A stretch of DNA of 64,000 nucleotides from Perkinsela sp. CCAP 1560/9 (Eukaryota > Protista > Euglenozoa: Kinetoplastea), in the NCBI GenBank assembly GCA_965644495.1, contig CBFFSA010000003.1:1178001-1242000 (forward strand). Direction: 5' to 3'. Of this stretch, positions 59,570 through 64,000 are shown piece after piece; positions within the stretch are counted from its first letter, which is position 1; the number at the start of each line of letters is the position of its first letter. The notes beneath the pieces were generated by a model, which was not told where the DNA came from, searched no databases, and saw only the letters and a list, made by a program, of their open reading frames with translations. The translations under genes were made by a program, and so were the position numbers.

Positions 59570-61489
59570 TCAGTTCTCTCCTTTACCCTCTACTGGGCCA
59601 TACGCCGGCTCATACATCCTCTTCCTTATTTCCTCCACACTCGGCGTAGCCTCCTCACACCCTCTCTCCCGATTTGCAATTTCCACAATCGCACGTGCAA
59701 TCGGGGCCGACCCATTCCGTGCCTTCGAGACGCCCGGAAACAGCTGCTGTGTTTTCAAAAGCGACTCGGTCGTCACCGTATTGGCCAGCGCATGGGCTGC
59801 GGCTGCAAACATCTCATCCGTTAACACTGGACTGTCTGCGAGTATCGCCCCGAGCCCGATTCCCGGGAAAACATACATATTATTCGCCTGGTTCGAGTAG
59901 CGCATCACGCCGTTGTATTCTACCGGCTCAAATGGACTCCCAGAGGCAAAAATGCAATTTCCAGCGCTCCACTCCAAGGCTTGTTGAAACGTACACTCCG
60001 CACGTGAGGTAGGATTGCTTAGCGGGAACACAATCGGGTAGGGGTTGATCTCACTCAGCAAACGAACCACATCCTCAGAGAACGTACCTGGGGCTCCGGT
60101 AAGCCCAATCACCCCGGCCGGCTTTACTTTACGAATCACCTCGAGGAGATTATCCGAGGGCGTGACCCCACAACAGGTCGAGGGGTTCTCCAAATCTTTG
60201 GCCACAAAACGGAGCGGTTTCTTATCCCCGACCGCCCGACGGATCGGCAACACCCCTTTGGTATCCATTACGAACAGATTCCCCGCCGCTTCCTCATCGG
60301 ACAGTCCTGCGGTGGCCTTCATCACGTGGTGCAGGGCGTAGCTCACCCCAAACCCCGCACTCCCCCCTCCCACAATCACAAACTTACTGTCCCGGAGCTG
60401 TTGCCTCACCCCCTCCCCTCCTTTTCCCTCCTTCAACCGCATCGCGTTCAAAATCCCCGCGGTGACCACGGCCCCGGTGCCCTGGATATCATCGTTGAAA
60501 CAACACAACTTCTCCCGGTACGCGCGCAACAGAATCCACGCCTGGGAACTGCTGAAATCCTCAAACTGCACCACACACCTCGGCCACAGCGCATGAATCC
60601 CCCGCAGCAGCTCATCCACCATACGGTAGTACTCCTCCCCGGAGAGCCGGGGGGCGTCACACCCGAGATAGGTGCCATCGTTTCGTAGCTTCTCATTGTT
60701 CGTTCCCACATCCAGCATCACCGGGAGGGTCCTCGAGAGGTCCACGCCCCCAATCGCACCGTACAGCGCTAACTTCCCCATCGGGATCGGCATCCCGTGG
60801 GCGCCGAGATCCCCGAGGCCCAGGATCCGGCCCCCATCGGTGACGACCACAACCTGGTTCGCTCGGTCCCGTCCATGGACGTTTTGTAGAATCGATAGAA
60901 ACCGGGTCTGGTGCCTCGGGGTGAGGTAGAGCCCGTTGGGGGTCTCGTAGAGCTGGGCGAACCCCAGGCAGGCGTCCGCGACGACGGGGGTGTAGACGGA
61001 GGGGGCGACCGCGGCGAAGTGGTCGATGAGCCAGCGGGAGAACAGCGTGTGGTTGGCGGCGGCGAGGCGCGCGGCGAAGGCGTAGCGCGGGAGCCCGGGG
61101 GGGAGGGCGAGGAAGGCGGCGTGGGTCGCCGCGACGTGGGCGGGGAGCGCGAGGGTGCGGTCGGGGAGGAGGCCGGAGAGGCGGAGGGTGTCGCGCTCGT
61201 GCGGGGTGAAGCCGAGGCCGTGGTTGCGGGTGTTGTCGTGGAGGAGGGCGAGGGGGGAGGGGGGGGAGGGGGGGGTTGAGGTTGAGGGTTGCGGGGGAGA
61301 GGCGGGGGGAGGGGAGGTTGGACCCCAGGAGGGGGTGATGCGGGAGGAAACCGGGGAAGGGGTGGGGTTCGGGGAGGGGGTTTCGTTGGCAATGGTCGCG
61401 CAGAGCTCGGGGTGGGCGCCGTGACGTGCGGCAGGGTTTTGGTCGGAGAGGGGGAGGGGGTAGCGACAGGGAAAGGGGAAGGTAGTCAT
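59570..61489 (-). CDS. Malic enzyme (NAD(P)-dependent malate dehydrogenase, decarboxylating)
   Basis: VYTPVV, VTDGGRILGLGDLG, QFEDF, FNDDIQGTG, GGGSAG, PLSNPT..AEC, NQANN.YVFPG; first ATG at 61489. Confidence 0.96.
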   Translation of the reverse strand: MTTFPFPCRYPLPLSDQNPAARHGAHPELCATIANETPSPNPTPSPVSSRITPSWGPTSPPPASPPQPSTSTPPSPPSPLALLHDNTRNHGLGFTPHERDTLRLSGLLPDRTLALPAHVAATHAAFLALPPGLPRYAFAARLAAANHTLFSRWLIDHFAAVAPSVYTPVVADACLGFAQLYETPNGLYLTPRHQTRFLSILQNVHGRDRANQVVVVTDGGRILGLGDLGAHGMPIPMGKLALYGAIGGVDLSRTLPVMLDVGTNNEKLRNDGTYLGCDAPRLSGEEYYRMVDELLRGIHALWPRCVVQFEDFSSSQAWILLRAYREKLCCFNDDIQGTGAVVTAGILNAMRLKEGKGGEGVRQQLRDSKFVIVGGGSAGFGVSYALHHVMKATAGLSDEEAAGNLFVMDTKGVLPIRRAVGDKKPLRFVAKDLENPSTCCGVTPSDNLLEVIRKVKPAGVIGLTGAPGTFSEDVVRLLSEINPYPIVFPLSNPTSRAECTFQQALEWSAGNCIFASGSPFEPVEYNGVMRYSNQANNMYVFPGIGLGAILADSPVLTDEMFAAAAHALANTVTTESLLKTQQLFPGVSKARNGSAPIARAIVEIANRERGCEEATPSVEEIRKRMYEPAYGPVEGKGEN

Positions 61490-61794
61490 GGCGGCGAGGA
61501 GGCGAGAGTTGACACGCAAGGTGGGGGAAAGGGAAGAAAAAGGTGAAAAAAAGTGGTTTCTAGGATGCTAGACCATAAAAAAATGCATTTCGATGGCGAA
61601 CAATACGGATAAAATAGGAGAGTTTTCTTTTTATTTTTGCATTACGATCTACCGTTTATCTAGACGGGACGATCACGCTACTGTGCAATTTATATTTCCT
61701 TAGGAAAGTTGCCTACAATAAATTTCGTGTTGCAGAGTCTACGGATGCCTCGTTCTCAACCGCCTCTTTGAAGAACAGCCCATCCTTGCCATCC

Positions 61795-63999
61795 TTACCC
61801 CCCTTCCCTCTCTAGCATCACCTCTCCCATATTTGTCCCCACTTTCGGACTCCTCCCCACAATCAGGGAGCCACTAAACGAGTGCAACCGATCCTGGACC
61901 GCCTGCACCACCCCATCATGCAGGAACTTTCCTCCGGTCTCAAACGTCATTTGATAGAACGGCATACTCACGGCTTGTTTCACAATCCCAGTACGGTGAA
62001 ACCCCAGGCATTGCCCGGTATGGGTGGCTGTATCCGCGAGCACGGTAATATGCCGTAAATCCACTTTATAACTCTGTAGCAGTCGCACCATATCGGTAAC
62101 TAAGTAATTTGTGGCGCTTTCAATCCCAAACGTTTCTGCCATATCGTTGGGGTCGGTGGAAAAAATCCGGTGCCACTCAATAGAGGCAGGGGTGAGAGGA
62201 GGCAATGTGGAGAGCTCGCAAAAAGGGGCGATCGGATCAGGGCACGGACAGTCGAGGCTATTCTTGTGGCTGTACTCTAGAATACGCTCCGCAGGGGTAC
62301 GGAAGAGAATGGATTCCATCCAGGAACGTAGACGAAGGGCTAAGGAAAGTTTCGCGGCGGTTCCTTTGATGGCAATTTCTCCGGAAGAATCTGTTCGGCT
62401 ACGAAGCAAATCAATATGGGAAATCTCTCCGGAATAGTCTAGTTTGGAAGAAGATAGTGAGACCTCACGAAGGGAGTGAGTAAGAATATCATCCACAGCA
62501 ACCACAGCGTCCACAGGAAGGGTAAGGGAACCGGAAAGCACAAAGCAGTCACGCTCGGTGTCGTAGGAATGCGCTCGGAAGTTTTTTGCGCGAACACAGA
62601 TCCCGCTGCGGGAGAGGGAAATGGTGATGGCGCTTCGGGCCCATTGGGTGAAAGGAGGCGCGCCCCCCTGTACTGCGCCTTCGGCAGAGATAGCCGGATG
62701 GGTGACCTGTGCCGGATGAGGTGTTTTACTGCGCTCCGTGTTTGCTGCATTCCCGTGAACGCTGTTACCAGAAAAAGCAGAAGATTGACATTCCAAAAAC
62801 TGTGCAATGTCGTCCACAGTATCTTGGTGAGATTCTGTCCTGTGTGGCACTGCGTCGCTTGTAGCCTCTTCAGCAGATTCATTTGTGTGACTCCTCTGAT
62901 GGGCAGCACTGTGTGTCGTGTTACCACCCGCTGTTGAGTTGTCCTCCTCTGCTCCCGACGACTCTCTTAGGATTCCGGATTTACGAATGTCCCGATGAGC
63001 CACAAGCACAGCACTTCGAAACAAATTCTGAGCGCTGTAGATAAAGTCTTCACAGAAGGTATGGGGCGACGCGCCTAACAGCGACCTTCTATTTTCCAAT
63101 TCCGTTACTGAAAACAAAATGTCGAGTTCAATTTCACAATAACTTCCACGACGAACACTTCGATGTCTGTAGGGCACGCGTGCGGCTCCGGAAAGGGCAT
63201 CATACATCTTAAGAGGGGTGAGAATCTCACGAAGACAACAAAAGGCAAATTGCTCGGTAGCGCCGATGTTTTTAATTGGGAGAACAATCGTCGGTTCACT
63301 CACATTGGCGTAGGTCAGTAATTCGCGGAGCCGAGGAATACCCTCTGTGACATGCGCAATCGACGTGCCTGCATGATGAAACGTATTTAGCGTCATTTGT
63401 GTGGACAGCTCACCGATACTCTGCGCCGCGATAATACCAACAGGTTCACCTGGGTCACACCGAGCGTGGAGCAGACGGCACGACGTCGCCTGACGAATCT
63501 CCTTTTTCCACTGCCGCTCGTTTCGTTGCTCATCCACAAAAGGCTTTAGCTTATCACTGGGAGAAAACCCTTTCATCCCGTTGCGTAGCCCTCGCAGGCC
63601 CACGTGCATAGTGTCCTTCATCACACGAATTAACGAGGCGTACCTTCGCCTTAAATCCGTCGCATTTCGCGCGACAAACTCCCAATGGGCCAGGGAAGAT
63701 GACTTACAAGGATCCAAACCATCTCCACCGTATTTAAACTGCAGCACCTCCCCTTCACCGGTACGCACGGTTTCATCCCAATGCAGCGTGGTGGTCTCCA
63801 TGCCTTTCACCAGACCTCGTTGTAAATACCCCGAGCGCGCGGTTTTAATCGCCGTGTCAATAATCCCATCCCGCCCGGCAGCTGCGTGGATGAAATACTC
63901 CCCGGGATGCACACCACTGAGGAAACGGCCTCGTACGAACCCCCTGGCTCGAGCTCTTTGATCCTGCGGAAACACACACGGCAGGACTTTTTCCGAAGC
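61795..63999 (-). CDS. RPA1: RNA polymerase I largest subunit, C-terminal part (5' end outside window)
   Basis: GRDGIIDTAIKTARSGYLQR, FKYGGDGLDP, QMTLNTFH.AG, VTEGIPRLRELL, VDLRHI, QMTFET; frame open to window edge. Confidence 0.9.
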   Translation of the reverse strand, partial: ASEKVLPCVFPQDQRARARGFVRGRFLSGVHPGEYFIHAAAGRDGIIDTAIKTARSGYLQRGLVKGMETTTLHWDETVRTGEGEVLQFKYGGDGLDPCKSSSLAHWEFVARNATDLRRRYASLIRVMKDTMHVGLRGLRNGMKGFSPSDKLKPFVDEQRNERQWKKEIRQATSCRLLHARCDPGEPVGIIAAQSIGELSTQMTLNTFHHAGTSIAHVTEGIPRLRELLTYANVSEPTIVLPIKNIGATEQFAFCCLREILTPLKMYDALSGAARVPYRHRSVRRGSYCEIELDILFSVTELENRRSLLGASPHTFCEDFIYSAQNLFRSAVLVAHRDIRKSGILRESSGAEEDNSTAGGNTTHSAAHQRSHTNESAEEATSDAVPHRTESHQDTVDDIAQFLECQSSAFSGNSVHGNAANTERSKTPHPAQVTHPAISAEGAVQGGAPPFTQWARSAITISLSRSGICVRAKNFRAHSYDTERDCFVLSGSLTLPVDAVVAVDDILTHSLREVSLSSSKLDYSGEISHIDLLRSRTDSSGEIAIKGTAAKLSLALRLRSWMESILFRTPAERILEYSHKNSLDCPCPDPIAPFCELSTLPPLTPASIEWHRIFSTDPNDMAETFGIESATNYLVTDMVRLLQSYKVDLRHITVLADTATHTGQCLGFHRTGIVKQAVSMPFYQMTFETGGKFLHDGVVQAVQDRLHSFSGSLIVGRSPKVGTNMGEVMLEREGG

Positions 64000-64000
64000 C

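Noticed and set aside
412-63999. Stop-codon reassignment
   Set aside because: Conserved genes are uninterrupted in the standard code and end in TAA, TAG or TGA.

Overview
Eukaryotic, intron-less, gene-dense DNA in which all ~27 recognisable host genes lie on the minus strand. This is a directional (polycistronic-type) gene cluster typical of kinetoplastids. The divergent proteins, Merlin transposons and 'LP..L..L.L..N' LRR gene suggest a Perkinsela-like prokinetoplastid (inference). Host genes: NOB1, a metallothionein-like peptide, orphan membrane proteins, a Kv-type channel, ABCF, a TFIIA-large-like protein, PQ-loop, IPI1, a mitochondrial carrier, ATP12, an RS-repeat/zinc-motif protein, RPS8, XPF, three AAAP transporters, a 2000-aa protein with a catalytically degenerate family-A DNA polymerase domain, EFL1, DOHH, LRR, LYR, a PKB-like kinase, malic enzyme and RPA1 (partial). 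The mobilome is unexpectedly rich. It includes an intact Merlin (38753-39993; 29-bp TIRs, 8-bp TSD) and a decayed hAT transposase interrupted by a second Merlin family (19.4-21.7 kb). It also includes a 5'-truncated RTE-like LINE carrying RNase H, with a (TATG)5 tail and 12-bp TSD (26731-27969), a DIRS/TATE-like RNase H fragment, and several MITE families in two islands (18-23.9 kb and 53.5-55.7 kb). Several genes show an abrupt mid-gene synonymous C3-to-G3/T3 switch, a symmetric GC-skew inversion that looks like the footprint of a bidirectional process such as a replication origin.
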